NCBI GenBank assembly: GCA_002633005.1
Contig: NMRA01000115.1
Span: forward strand, 246,104 to 310,103
DNA: 64,000 bases
Direction of reading: 5' to 3'
From: Phoronis australis
Lineage: Eukaryota; Animalia; Phoronida
The position numbers and the translations under genes were made by a program. The notes under the pieces are model-generated. The model was given only the letters and a program-made list of their open reading frames with translations, ran no database searches and was not told the DNA's origin. Each line of letters opens with the position of its first letter. Position 1 is the first letter of the stretch. Below are positions 1 to 11,801 of this stretch, in pieces.

Positions 1-601
1 TAAATCCGCCTATATCTCGGCGTTGGCGACGGGGCACTGCCGGGAATCAACAGCGACGGTATGGTACCCTTCTTCAGGCGTTGTTCCGCAAAGACGTTCA
101 TCAATTCAGCGTACATATTTGTCGTAATCTGACGGCAGAAAATGCTTGCCACACACTCGGTAACCCACCACTGCTTTGTACGTTGCCTGGACGGGTAGCG
201 CTGCGTTCTTCACATTAACGAGCTAGCCAATATACGGCGAAGTGTGTCATGATCCTTCGGAAAGCGACGCAAGGTACCCAAAGCGCGTGTGAGACGATAA
301 TGAGTACATCCCGGCACGTAGCAACAGCGTGGCACGTTGACTGACTTGTAAACAAAAGCAAACGACGACCGAACTTATCACAACCGAGGTAGAACAATGA
401 CTGACTCGACAGCTCTCACAGGCAGACTATAATGAAAAGAAATTGGCGCAAAACTCTTGCCTCCCAAAACGTCACTTCCGGAGTAGAGGACAAGAAATTA
501 ATCAAATTACGAAAAGCTGTAATTAAGTGAAAAATGTGTCTGGGTTAATCAACGAACCTTATTTTTGCTAAAAGTGACATGAAAAAAGGTTGCCTTCGCC
601 T
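1..601 (-). mobile_element. End of a Kolobok-type DNA transposon with a degenerate THAP-domain ORF (truncated by the window edge)
   Basis: The minus strand from 335 reads VPRCCYVPGC...RRFPKD..., then after frameshifts/stops YRVCGKHFLPSDY and RLKKGTIPS (THAP C2CH signature). The terminus GGTTGCCTTCGCCT|TTAA (ends 601, TTAA 602-605) resembles the TTAA|AGGAGAACGCAACC end at 25549. Confidence 0.6.
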
Positions 602-1108
602 TTAAACACACGCTATATCAAAACCACCAAACATACAGTACAATGTAAATGCTTATCACAAGTTTCCAAACTATTGACGAGCGTGGATTGAAATCACAAT
701 TGTACGTGTAGTTGAAGAAACGGAGAAGGGTGTCCCGAGAGCAGGTCTGTTTTTCGCCACGTCTGCATCTGAACAGCAACGTACCTGCAGCTCGCGCAGC
801 AACGGTTGGAATCTTACTGTAGTAACAGCTGACAGCAGCGACAGCAGAAACACTGTGTTGACAGGAATGGCGGCAGTAGCCGATGCAATACCTCAGATTT
901 TCGTTCCGAGTAAAGAAATGAGTATCCAGTCATTCTTATCGTATATCTCACCATCTAAGCGGTGGACTCAGAGGTGGTGTTGGTGACCGCCCACAGACGT
1001 AAATCTACAGTGACAAATAGTCAGCATCACTTTACGTCAACAATTGTCTTGACATAACGCGAGGTCAACAAAGGTTTAATAAAGAATTTAGAAAGGTTGT
1101 ATTATGCC

Positions 1109-1564
1109 ATGACTGATGAAGGGAGTGCGAGTCCAAGTTATACGTCGCAAAGTGTCCAGTCTCCGGCAAACGTCCAGAGTAACCCTTCACCGTGCCAACA
1201 AACACCGACTGAATACCAGGTAGTTTCGCAAGAAACAGTTGCCGATGCGTTGTTATTGCAGTCAACGAATGAGGAGTTACAGACTAGTCAAAAGTTAGGG
1301 TTTAAGCCGAGGCGGATGGTATGTGTGTACTGTAAACGGGACGTCATAACTGTTGTGCGTTTTGTAGCAGGGACGGCCTCGTGGTTGGCTTGTTGTATAC
1401 TCTGCTCATTTGGATGTTTGCTAGGATGCCAGGTTGTCCCACTCTTTGCCCCTGGAATACAGGATGCAGAACACTCGTGTCCGAATTGCAGACGTGTATT
1501 GGGTGTCCGAGAGCGTCTTGAAAAGACGAAATCGAGTAAAACGCGAGTAGGGCAATGTGTTTGA
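1109..1564 (+). CDS. LITAF-domain (zf-LITAF-like) protein, paralogue 1, intronless CDS
   Basis: GCCATG at 1109. Ser/Gln/Pro-rich N-terminus, then CVYC, a hydrophobic Cys-rich segment and HSCPNC (LITAF CxxC...HxCxxC). TGA at 1562-1564. Confidence 0.9.
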   Translation: MTDEGSASPSYTSQSVQSPANVQSNPSPCQQTPTEYQVVSQETVADALLLQSTNEELQTSQKLGFKPRRMVCVYCKRDVITVVRFVAGTASWLACCILCSFGCLLGCQVVPLFAPGIQDAEHSCPNCRRVLGVRERLEKTKSSKTRVGQCV

Positions 1565-1910
1565 ATTTGAGTCTTGTACATGAAAATACGTTATGAATAC
1601 TGTGTTCTAAAATACAACTGATACCAGCATGCCGTTTCCACGAATTAACCATACAATTTACTGAAAAGGCCACTCATTGCTCTTAAGCGAAACAAACATG
1701 AATTGCATACCGCGAAAACAACGTTAAGTACTTTTGTTACTGCTTCTGGGATGTCTGAATGATATTTCTGAAAACGAGACAGCATTGCGTCACTCATTAT
1801 GAGCTGGGTACCGGTGAATGAAACAAATAATTTCGTTCAAGGTTAACAAAAAATAAAAAAGGTCGAAACACGTAAGAGACACGGTGATATAACGGATTCT
1901 GTATCAGGAT

Positions 1911-2351
1911 ATGATGACAGACAACGCTCATGTAAATACTCAAGGTGTACAGATTAACCACGCCAATGACGCCGTTGTGGACAAAACTCCCCCAGTTCCG
2001 CAAGTTGTACCGAAAGACAACTCCAGTCCACCACAGTTCCAACAGTATGCACCAATCACGGGGCAGCCTGGCGTAAGCCTACCACCACCGATGCCTCCGG
2101 GTTTAGCGTTTGGAGTGCCATATTTGGGATTCACACCTGCTCGTGTGCGGTGCATGTACTGCCATTCGGATGTGATCACTGCAGTGCACTTCGAAAACGG
2201 TACGGGCGTGTGGCTGGGGGTGTGTGGACTCTGTTTCCTGGGAATGATATGTGGCTGTCAATTCATTCCCTTATGTGTAGATGCCTTCAAAGACGGGGTA
2301 CACACATGTCCTAACTGCCAGCGCATCATTGGCAAACGGGAACGACTGTGA
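1911..2351 (+). CDS. LITAF-domain protein, paralogue 2, intronless CDS
   Basis: Pro-rich N-terminus, CMYC, hydrophobic stretch, then FKDGVHTCPNCQRIIG. Confidence 0.92.
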   Translation: MMTDNAHVNTQGVQINHANDAVVDKTPPVPQVVPKDNSSPPQFQQYAPITGQPGVSLPPPMPPGLAFGVPYLGFTPARVRCMYCHSDVITAVHFENGTGVWLGVCGLCFLGMICGCQFIPLCVDAFKDGVHTCPNCQRIIGKRERL

Positions 2352-4375
2352 CCACTTAAACATACACTGCTTTACACATGTCCTGCAAGCGATTGAACTA
2401 GTGCTCTTTTTAAACTAATATACTTCTAAATAACTTTAATGAACATTCATTCAGTCGAATATAAACATGTTCGTGTTGCCTTTATTCATGACAACCAATT
2501 AAGCTGTGTGTAATGTGTTCGAGTGTACAAACGTCACAAAATATCTTATCTTTTTCATACATACTTGTCTGATGCAAAGCACGTTTCATCAAAATTCACA
2601 AAGGTAATCAAAATTGACTTGCACATTTACTTCTCACTGAAAGTTTCTAAAATGTTTTTGCATCGACAGTAAAATGACGTCATTGTCTCTGTTTTGCTTG
2701 CACAGATCAGACGACCGTTCCAACAAAACGAACTTAGCTAAGACAAACTTTTAATTTTGGTAATTTTTAAAATAAAAGTTAAATTTGTCTCAAAACCAAT
2801 TGAAGAAATAGCTCTTGAATTTGACTTACGGTGTATGTGTTTGACATAAGTTATGATATAATTTTGACCAACTTACCGAATGCGGAAGTTTCAAAGTTTG
2901 AAAGTTATGGCACAATTTGAACTTAAGTAAAAAATGAACTGAAGTCATTTCCTTGGAACAGTTCCAGCAAGCAAGTTCGCCCAACTGAGTTTTGATATTT
3001 CAATGTCATATCAAAAAACTCTGTATACGGGCGTTATTTCTATCAATAAATTTCACTATAGATAAGGTGACTGCGACGAATTAAACATACTTAAAAATAA
3101 ATTTCAAATTAAGAACAGTTTATTGACGACGTCTTGGTAATGAAAACGTGTCTCCTACATGTATAGATGAGTTTGTTCTGCTATTTGTTGAATGAATAGT
3201 ACTCACCATTCTCTTTCTCGTAATATCTCGCTAACATACATATACATGTACATGTACAGTTAGTTGCTTTATTGGCCGTGATCTTGCTAACCCGCTAGTC
3301 GAAACTCCAAACGCGCGCCGAAAGAAGTACGTAATCTGCTGTGACCAATAACCTCGCTCGGAACCAAACTCCGCACCAGGCGACCATGTACTGGGTGACC
3401 AATCTTGTTTACCTGCATGAACATTGGGCGCCAGATATGAACTTAGGGCGGCGTATGCTGAATTTAAAGGCGGGCTTATGGACTTGGTCTTAGCAGGTGC
3501 ATGTCTGGAAAAGGGGATCGAAGCTGTAACAGTTGGCTATCGAAAGAGCCGTGCTATTGAAATCCACTAACTCGCCAGACGGTGACCAGACAATTGGTGT
3601 TAAGGCGTTTAGCGCCACCTACAGATCCCATGTAAAACGTACGGGGGTTTCAACCCAGTGGCATCAACAGTGTTTTAACACATTTTCTGCTGTTGTAAGG
3701 TCGGCAAACTTGCGATGGGATGTACTAAGCTCTTACCAAAAAACCAAACATTTTCAAATGCAAATGGATGAGCATGGGCATCATGTTCCATACATTTCCC
3801 ACTGTGAAGAAGTATCCGCCCACAAAGTCAGTGGCTGCAGTTGATAAAGCGTAAGAATTACGATCCCAGCCGGAGTCAAAAAGAAAAGCTAAAATAAATA
3901 GTGATCTTGAAATAATCAAACAATGGGAGGAGCTGATAGTAGAATTTATTCATCTGCTTTTAAATTAATGAACCACTATGTATGTCGTTATTGATCTTCT
4001 GTCCACCAATTCCGAGTCTGGGTCAAATTTAAGCCACTTTCGTGCTTTTAATGATATTTCAAACCTTGTTCACAAAATTTCAGCCATTTTACTATAATTA
4101 CCACATGTCTAACAAAGTACCTTATTGTCATTCTCGAGGAACTTCAAATACGAAATACACCTGTATATACATGTATGGTGTAGCAGGAACCTTCAAATAG
4201 TACGGGCCTGTCACTCAAATCGAATGCTACCGGTGTCGCCTCACGCCTCTGTGACTATGGTTAAAACCACCGACTAGATTTCTGTTATCCATTCAGTACT
4301 TGGGTTTCATGTCAGTCTTGGCCGGCGCGTGGTGTTCATAACAATGAACTGTTGACCTACTTTAATGTAGACCAC

Positions 4376-4478
4376 AATGGTCTATATACCGTGCCCGAAT
4401 TTTGAGAACCAGTTTTCTCCACTGAATAACGGGCATCAAAGTGATTCTCAAAATAGGGGCACGTTATATCAGACTATT
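4376..4478. repeat. Short palindromic (hairpin/MITE-like) element
   Basis: About 35-bp imperfect inverted arms, AATGGTCTATATACCGTGCCCGAATTTTGAGAA / TTCTCAAAATAGGGGCACGTTATATCAGACTATT. Confidence 0.55.
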
Positions 4479-5208
4479 AGCTAATTACGCACTTCAAATT
4501 CAGTTGACATTGCGAGTGAATGAAATAGCTAACATGGTTAAGGCGTGCATAGGTTACACTATATATTTACCGAAAACAAGATTTTACCGAATAATTAACA
4601 GAGGGCCTTGACGTTTTGCAAGTCACTCAACTAAATCGGCTTTTTTCAGCTGCAGCAAATCAGCGGCCCGGTGGATTTCGTTGAAACTTTATGATTATTG
4701 AACAATCTCAAAAACGCTGTGAGGATTTTCGATATAAAAGTCCTAGTGTTTGCTTAATGGAACGAGGGCAATTTGATTTGTCATAGAAGCCAAACGGAAA
4801 GACTAATAAAAAACCTAAGAGTGTTTTTGAAGTAACTGGTGAATTTTTCATTTAACAAGGTTGCTTTAAAATCGACCGAGGGGTTATATTACTATGAATG
4901 TAACTTTCTTAAACATGAAAGTTTGACTTAAAAAGGCGTTTACGTAATAATGGTACATAATTATAAAATATATTTTAAATATTTCTTGATCTTTTTTCTT
5001 TCAGACAATTTACACTCTTACTAGTTGACACAGCCTATTTTTTGATGTACGAGTTACAATGGAGGCCACAAAATAAGGTTTGTCATAACCTTAACAATCA
5101 GATAGCGTGCGATATGAAATTTAACAATGTCGTCATACTAAACAGTAGGAAAGTCAAGTGTGGACATTAGGTGTGACTCAATTTAAACTGCAACTTTGAA
5201 TTTTTTAA

Positions 5209-5625
5209 GGTTATGTAGAACCTTATCGAAAAACTCTGTGCATTTAGTCGGATACTTACAAAACTGAAGGGCTTAGTAAATATTTTGTGAAAGTATAAAT
5301 TCCACAGAATTTGATTTTTGTCTTTATACCAATCTGTCATTAATTAGGTCATGTAACCTTGCTTTTTAGAAATGTTTAGCTATTAAAAAGGCCAATTCAC
5401 CACAAAACAATACTTTTTGTAACTTTATATTTTTCATGAGATCATATAAGTCCCATTTTATAGCCCCTCGTGCAAAAGTGGAACAGTTTAAAAATACTCA
5501 TTGTTCCTAATAGAACAAAGGAAGCATGATATCTGAAAATTTCATATGAATTTGACAAGCCATTTGTGAGATACGATGCTCCAAAGTTGGCTAAAATTGG
5601 ACATTTTCTTGGGTCCTATACGACC
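5209..5625. mobile_element. Non-autonomous Kolobok-like MITE
   Basis: TTAA on both sides (5205-5208, 5626-5629). Imperfect TIRs GGTTATGTAGAACC / GGTCCTATACGACC. Confidence 0.45.
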
Positions 5626-6596
5626 TTAAAGAAGACAGTTATTTGTCCTAGATAGTCCACATCAACCAAACTTGTTTCACAATTCCAAAAACGTAAATAT
5701 ATCGCCATCTAAAAAATGCAGCGAGCTAATCCTGATCTTGAAATTAGCATGGCGAATTGTTTGCTACACTGACGTAAAATAGCCCCAAAACCGATGTCGG
5801 TGACCTCGCATTTTTTAGTGCGTAGCAAACACGGTGGGCACCAAAATGAAATGCAAATTATAACACGGAATATTGTTTTTAGCGTAGAAGCCAAAACGCT
5901 AAAATTGAGGTTCACAAAATGCAAAAACAAGTTAATTTTCAAAACGCCGACGTAAGAAAATCGGCCAAACCAGAAATACAAGTCGTTCAGACGTAAAACT
6001 GCCACCCTGCAACGAAATAAATCCGTTTCTATCAGCATTTTGATCCCTAATTGAATTAGAGATATGATTTCAATAACCCATGTAGTTTTCACTTTTTCCA
6101 AGATTTGCTTTTGGCACCAGTAAGAGAAGAAACTCGTCATTTTTTTACAGATTTTTTGTTGGAAAACATAAATATATAAAATATGGATATGTGAAAATTT
6201 TAACACCAACTTTAATCGGTATCAAACTCTTAAGGCATTGTCGTCGATTCGTTTACTCGTCTACAAGCCATCACGTATATTCCTGCACGTGTACATGTAC
6301 AACCAGTAACCGTAGCCCAGCGTATTTTTGGAAAGAATTATTATGGTGAGATCACTTCAGTGTCCGCAAGATATCGCCATGTATTACACTGTATAAACGT
6401 AACCGTACTGGCGTTCACTTGCCAGTGTCGTACAGGGTACATCGTGGGTTACAGAAGAGACTCTGTCAGTAATAATTTACCTTCATATACACTATGCTGC
6501 CACCGAAATTGGACAGCTTAACAATGAAAACGGGATAGATATTCTAAAAGATCTATTATATTTCCCGCACAACACGAACACATTAGCGTGAAGTCT

Positions 6597-7277
6597 TCAA
6601 CAGCAGGGTTTGCTACTCCCCAATTCACGTTTGCAGGTAGGACAATAGTGAACGGCGTCTTTGCACGACTTCAACAGGCACGGCAAAATACAACTTCCTA
6701 CAAAGCACAGGACAAGGAAGCAAACACAGGCTGTGCGCCCGTTTTCATATTCCACAATTGTTTCGATGTCTTGGCTACAATACATGCAAATCATTTGACG
6801 CGGATTTTTGTCAAAATCTGGCCTGCCATGTAAGTATTCTGGTATTTCCGTCGACGCCGGAAGTGTATTACTTGTTTTTCGAAGGTGGGACCATCTGGGT
6901 CTCTTGATACTAGATCTGGGAGTTTCTGCAAATGTGACCGTTGACTTTTTTGTTGGGCTATCTAGATCTCCACTTTTCTGTATCTGAGGACTTAAGGTGA
7001 TTGAACCGTTGGAAGACGCGGAACTGCGACTTTTCGCTGACGGTGTTGCACTACTCTTTTTCAGAATTGATTTTTTACTCCTGACGCTGGGCGACACACT
7101 CTGTTGAAGTGAGATATCACTCGGTTTCCTAGGCTGCTGGGCAGTAGAGTCTGCGGCGCTTGCGCTTTCCGTCGTTGACAATCTAGCCAAATCAGTAGTT
7201 GTCACCATTTCTGAAGCAATAGCTTGATTTTCGGCATTTCCACCGGGTTGCACGACTGTACCAGGTTTGGCGGCCAT
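6597..7277 (-). CDS. LITAF-domain protein, paralogue 3, with a long Ser/Lys-rich N-terminus, intronless CDS
   Basis: AACATGG start, 226 aa. CMYC...CKDAVHYCPTCKRELG, ending KPCC*. Confidence 0.9.
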   Translation of the reverse strand: MAAKPGTVVQPGGNAENQAIASEMVTTTDLARLSTTESASAADSTAQQPRKPSDISLQQSVSPSVRSKKSILKKSSATPSAKSRSSASSNGSITLSPQIQKSGDLDSPTKKSTVTFAETPRSSIKRPRWSHLRKTSNTLPASTEIPEYLHGRPDFDKNPRQMICMYCSQDIETIVEYENGRTACVCFLVLCFVGSCILPCLLKSCKDAVHYCPTCKRELGSSKPCC

Positions 7278-7614
7278 GTTAACTACTCATCACTATTCAC
7301 GTACCTATTGATTAGATTTTCTACTGTCTGATTTGTGATTTTGTTTAGAATTACAAATAACGTACCCACGACAATTTCGTATCACAATACCGTCCGCCAT
7401 TTACATGTTTAATTAACATAAGCAAAAAAGGTTTTCATTCTCTAGGTATGTCGGTTAATGGAGACTTGACAGTATAATTACATGACGTTCACGTGACATC
7501 GATTTCCAACAAGATCACTGCCACTGGTTCACGTTTAAGATTTTTCAGTGTACCATTCTCAGTTTTAGTACTTCAGCGTGAAACTTAGGCAAAATTGATG
7601 ATTAATGATCGCAA

Positions 7615-8019
7615 ATGGATTCGAAAGATGCCAAACCACCAGATCAAGTTGCTCCAAGCGACCCGATCCTCCCTCCCTCTGCTGCGCAGCAGATACCTAA
7701 CGCGCCTCCTCAGTATACACCGGCAGCAGCCCAAGGAGTCGCGTATGCACCGGTCCCAGGCTTCAACGCAACTGGCGTATGTCACTTTTGGGAAACACCA
7801 GTCCAAACGCAGTGCATTAATTGCAGAAAGTTTATTGTCACCAGAACAGAGTACGTGAACGGAAGCGGTGTTTGGGCAGCGATGGCCTGCTTGTGTTTCT
7901 CGTGCCTCATTCTAGGATGCCAGTTCATACCGTTGTGCACTAACTGCGCCAAGGACGTAAATCACTACTGCCCAGAATGTGGAACTTTAAACGGAAAGTT
8001 TGGTCGCTTAACTGGCTAG
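7615..8019 (+). CDS. LITAF-domain protein, paralogue 4, intronless CDS
   Basis: Pro/Ala-rich N-terminus with PPQY, then CINC...CAKDVNHYCPECG. Confidence 0.92.
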   Translation: MDSKDAKPPDQVAPSDPILPPSAAQQIPNAPPQYTPAAAQGVAYAPVPGFNATGVCHFWETPVQTQCINCRKFIVTRTEYVNGSGVWAAMACLCFSCLILGCQFIPLCTNCAKDVNHYCPECGTLNGKFGRLTG

Positions 8020-8699
8020 GAAAAATTCACAAGTTGATACAGCTGGGCGTACATTAAACCGCTAAAAATAAAGTGTTTTAACTCACAGTTACTCACATGG
8101 TATTTGATTTGTTGATCTGCGTTTTCTGGCCAGTGAGCCGTTTCTGAAAGTGAGTAATTTTAAGCCCATGAACCCTGTAGTTTAGGTAGCCTGGTAAGTT
8201 GTGTATACTGTACTGTACTGTACTGTACTTAAAAGACACGGAACCACAGGTAGAAGCATCGAGTAACAACATCTGGCTTGAAGCATTCGAATGCAAACGG
8301 CGTTTTGGTTGTTGAGGTTTGCTTAATACGAGGTAATGTTTTCTTAGCCAATACACCAGGACTGGTACAAACTGATTGTCCATCAGTAGTCGGAAAAGGG
8401 TTAATTTGTATAGATTCTGTTTAATGGAGACCTGGGTTTGGTTGGGTTGGGTTGCATAAACTTCGAGACTGGATAAGTTTGACTGTTGTATGACATCAAG
8501 CACCTTGTTCCGTGACGCGAATTAATGCCACAGCGTTGTTGCTTTCCAGTGTATAAATTTCTTACACCATGCGCAGATGAAATTCTGGATGCAGAACAAA
8601 TTACTTGTTGATTGTGATAGTACTAAAATATGAAATTCCGGTTGGTATTGATGGAACAATGAAAAGAGTCTTACCTGGTTATATTTCGCTTCTTTTACT

Positions 8700-9720
8700 C
8701 CCCTTTTCAGTCATCTGTCACCTAATGCTCATGCAGTTTGACCTGATGAAGTCACATGAAAGTAGTATTCGCCCAAGTGAATGTAAATATTTCACGAGTT
8801 CACATCTAGGTGAAAACAGTAATTGGCGGAGTAATAATAAATCATCTGGTGTGCACTGTGAGTGTGTTTTGCATGGCACTGAATCCTATGTTTTATGTAA
8901 TAAAAGTGAGACTAATCTTGTGTTAACTACCGAAGCAGAAAGAAAAAGTACAATAAAAATGAAAAAGATAACCTAAAAAAGGCTACTGGCTCTGACTGGT
9001 TCGACAGCTATCCAACAGATACAGCTTGTTGCAAGGTGAATCTGCAACCAAGAATCACTTTCATTATTTCATCCGACGTACAATCTTCAGTAATTGGTGG
9101 CCAGATCCGAACACCCTTAGACTCATTAGTACATCTTTTAGTATCACGACACAATCATACAGTTACTAAACATCAGAGAGTTGTGGATGACCGGGTTGAG
9201 GTATTCCATTTTCATCGGATTCAGTATCTGAGTCGTAATACCATGCCAGTTGGGATACAGTTTCTTTAGTTTTGACTTCAGGTTTCTACGTTTTACAGCA
9301 TTTGGTGAGATGGAATGCTCAAACATTTCTTCTAAAATTGCTTTTAGAGTGGTCAAGCGCAACTGTACACTTCTCCTGAAAAATCGATCATTGCTTGATA
9401 TTATCATGACAAAACGTGTTGAAAACTGTCTGATAAGTGCCGTCTTTTTCACATGCATGTTCTGGTTCTTCAGAAACTGGATTTGTCAATCTTTTGAAGC
9501 ACGAACGGTTATACATTTACATCACTTCCAGAGCTACCAAATCTTTTGTCTTTTATTCTGTCAATTAGGTCAGGACCATTTTCAGCTTTTCCATCATCCT
9601 AAAAGGTTCCCCTGAAAACGTGTGAGATGTTGCTTAGATGAATTTAAAATTGGATCCAGCTGACAAATTTTAGCAGGGAGATCTCAACAGTGCATCCAAG
9701 TGCAAACAATCTCATCAAAG
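8700..9720 (-). mobile_element. Highly degenerate DNA-transposon coding relic, possibly the Academ transposase region
   Basis: Fragments ELVKYLHSLGRI and LTTLKAILEEMFEHSISPNAVKRRNLKSKLKKLY resemble Academ-like proteins. Many stops; boundaries approximate. Confidence 0.3.
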
Positions 9721-11801
9721 TTACTTTTCTGTCACTAAGAAAAAAGTAAAAACTATGTCAGTCAAAAATAAATATAACATCTAGTTTTGGAGTTTACATT
9801 CATGGGTGAAAGTATTTTCCAATATTTTTCAATTAGTAACTACCACTCTTTAATAAAAACATGCAACTTAAGCTCTTACATGTATGTAGGCAATATAATT
9901 TCTTACCAGATATGGTTTCAAATTTGTACAGAGACTCTGAGTTTCTTTTTCTAGAAAAGCTGTCGATGGATCATTTATTCTTTTCGCATATGATGCACTC
10001 TGGGGGCAAGATAAAAGTACGTCGAGGAACACTAGTTGTGGTCTTTGTGATTTCCTTGGGGGTAAATCAGCTGCTTCTGTCTCTTTCTGATTTTACAGTT
10101 TTTAAATTCCGAGTTGTGCTTGGTGATTTTGTAAACATTTATAAGGATGTCTACAAAAACATTTGTGATGCCATAGTCCATCTGAGTTTAACTCCACTGC
10201 AGACAGAATAATTTTAGCAACAAAAAGTCAGGTCACTGTATGCAGCAATCAGTAATTTTACTCCAAGCAGTTTCAGTAAACTTCAAACTCCCTTTTTGGT
10301 AGAAAAATCTCCAACATGTATACAACAATGAACCCCGTCACGGGGGCATCCATCTTGTTAGCTCAGAGCAAAGTAGTTTTGCTGGAAGCTGATTGGATGG
10401 GCCCACTGGTAGTGGACTTACCTATGTTGGCAAACTTGAGTGCAAGTGTGTGAAAGTTTCCGTTGTTAATGCAAGTTTTTGACAAACCGTGCAAGTTTAA
10501 CACGTGACAGGTTTGTGATAAATGGTATTCGTGGTGTTCTTAATCTATAGGGCATGAATTTGCCTTGCCTGTTGAAAGTAGGCACTGGACTTTGAGCTAC
10601 AAAATTGTCATCATGGTCTAAATTGCGAGTAAACGTATATCTTGTACAAAATTAGCTATGTTCTGAGATTGCCGTATTTGGGTGGTAGTGTGTTAATCTG
10701 GATTATTGGAACGGACAGAATTTTGAATTCTTCAAGCTATATCTGTTTCACACGAGAGGTCGTGTTTGTGGGAAGTATGTACATGTCAACTAATACGGGA
10801 ATTACATATTTGATACGAGTTTTTGCCGTTTCTGTAGAGCTACGGCGTAGCGTTAAAATGCTACGTATTTTCGGTAGTTAATGCGCATTTTTGCCGACGC
10901 TCGTACTACAGTTTTCGAACCTTCGTTTTGGCTTTTATTGGCAATCTCTTTTGTCGATATAATTTCATATCACGAGATTTGCTGGACAGGACCAAAAAAG
11001 TTACCAAGGAGTGTAACAACACTCACTAGATGTAAGAGCCTCTAATACGTAGGTACATGCAATGCATTTTGACACTTCATGCTATTTTGACTCGCTTTCG
11101 TCAGTGCTATGGTTTGCCATATTTTTTTACAAAAATGATTAAAAGACTAAAATTGGTTGACATGTTTGCGTTATGTATTGAAAAATGACAAGTTCCAGCA
11201 GACTAATATTGGTCACGTTTGAAAGCATACAAAACGCCGTTTTACTTAAGGTATAGATTGGTTGAGTGACCCTGAAGTACCAACTTGCCGCGTACGTAAC
11301 CTTGAGAACAACTGTTATTTCAATTTCAGCACAACTGAGAAATATTAGCCAATCACTGAGTGGATCAGAATATAATGTATTGCTGGAGCTTGACTTTTGT
11401 CCACAATCCGGTCAAACGCACTATGACTTGCATACCTCATATTGATGAGGTAGCTTATCTGCAGGCGTACTCGGTAAACAACACAGCCTTGTAAGATATT
11501 GTCAGGTCCATTACTAGCATGAAAAATCATTTAATAGTACTCTTTAAACTAAAAAATCCTCTCGCAATTAGTATGTTTTTTTACAGAGACGAGTTCGAGT
11601 TCAGCGTGACAGATAGTTTACAAATATGCGAATTCAATTGAGAATCGTGTTTTTTAAGGCGTAATGTAACCACGAGTGATTAGTCAAAGCAAAGACTAAG
11701 CAATTTTTTCATGTTAGATTACGAAGGGCATATATAGAGATAACTCAACCCCACGTTTAAGATTTTGCTGTCATGGTTATGTGCATTTATTTTTCTTGCA
11801 G

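Noticed and set aside
1288-2179. Several 80-110-aa minus-strand ORFs over LITAF1 and LITAF2
   Set aside because: Antisense shadows of real CDSs with no recognisable domains.
3630-3680. Peptide GFNPVAS resembling the GKRP N-terminal motif GFNPVS
   Set aside because: The flanks (IPCKTYG, TVF*) do not match GKRP and no neighbouring exons were found; likely chance.
5709-6209. 166-aa minus-strand ORF
   Set aside because: Non-ATG start, low-complexity hydrophobic composition, and located in repeat-like AT-rich DNA.
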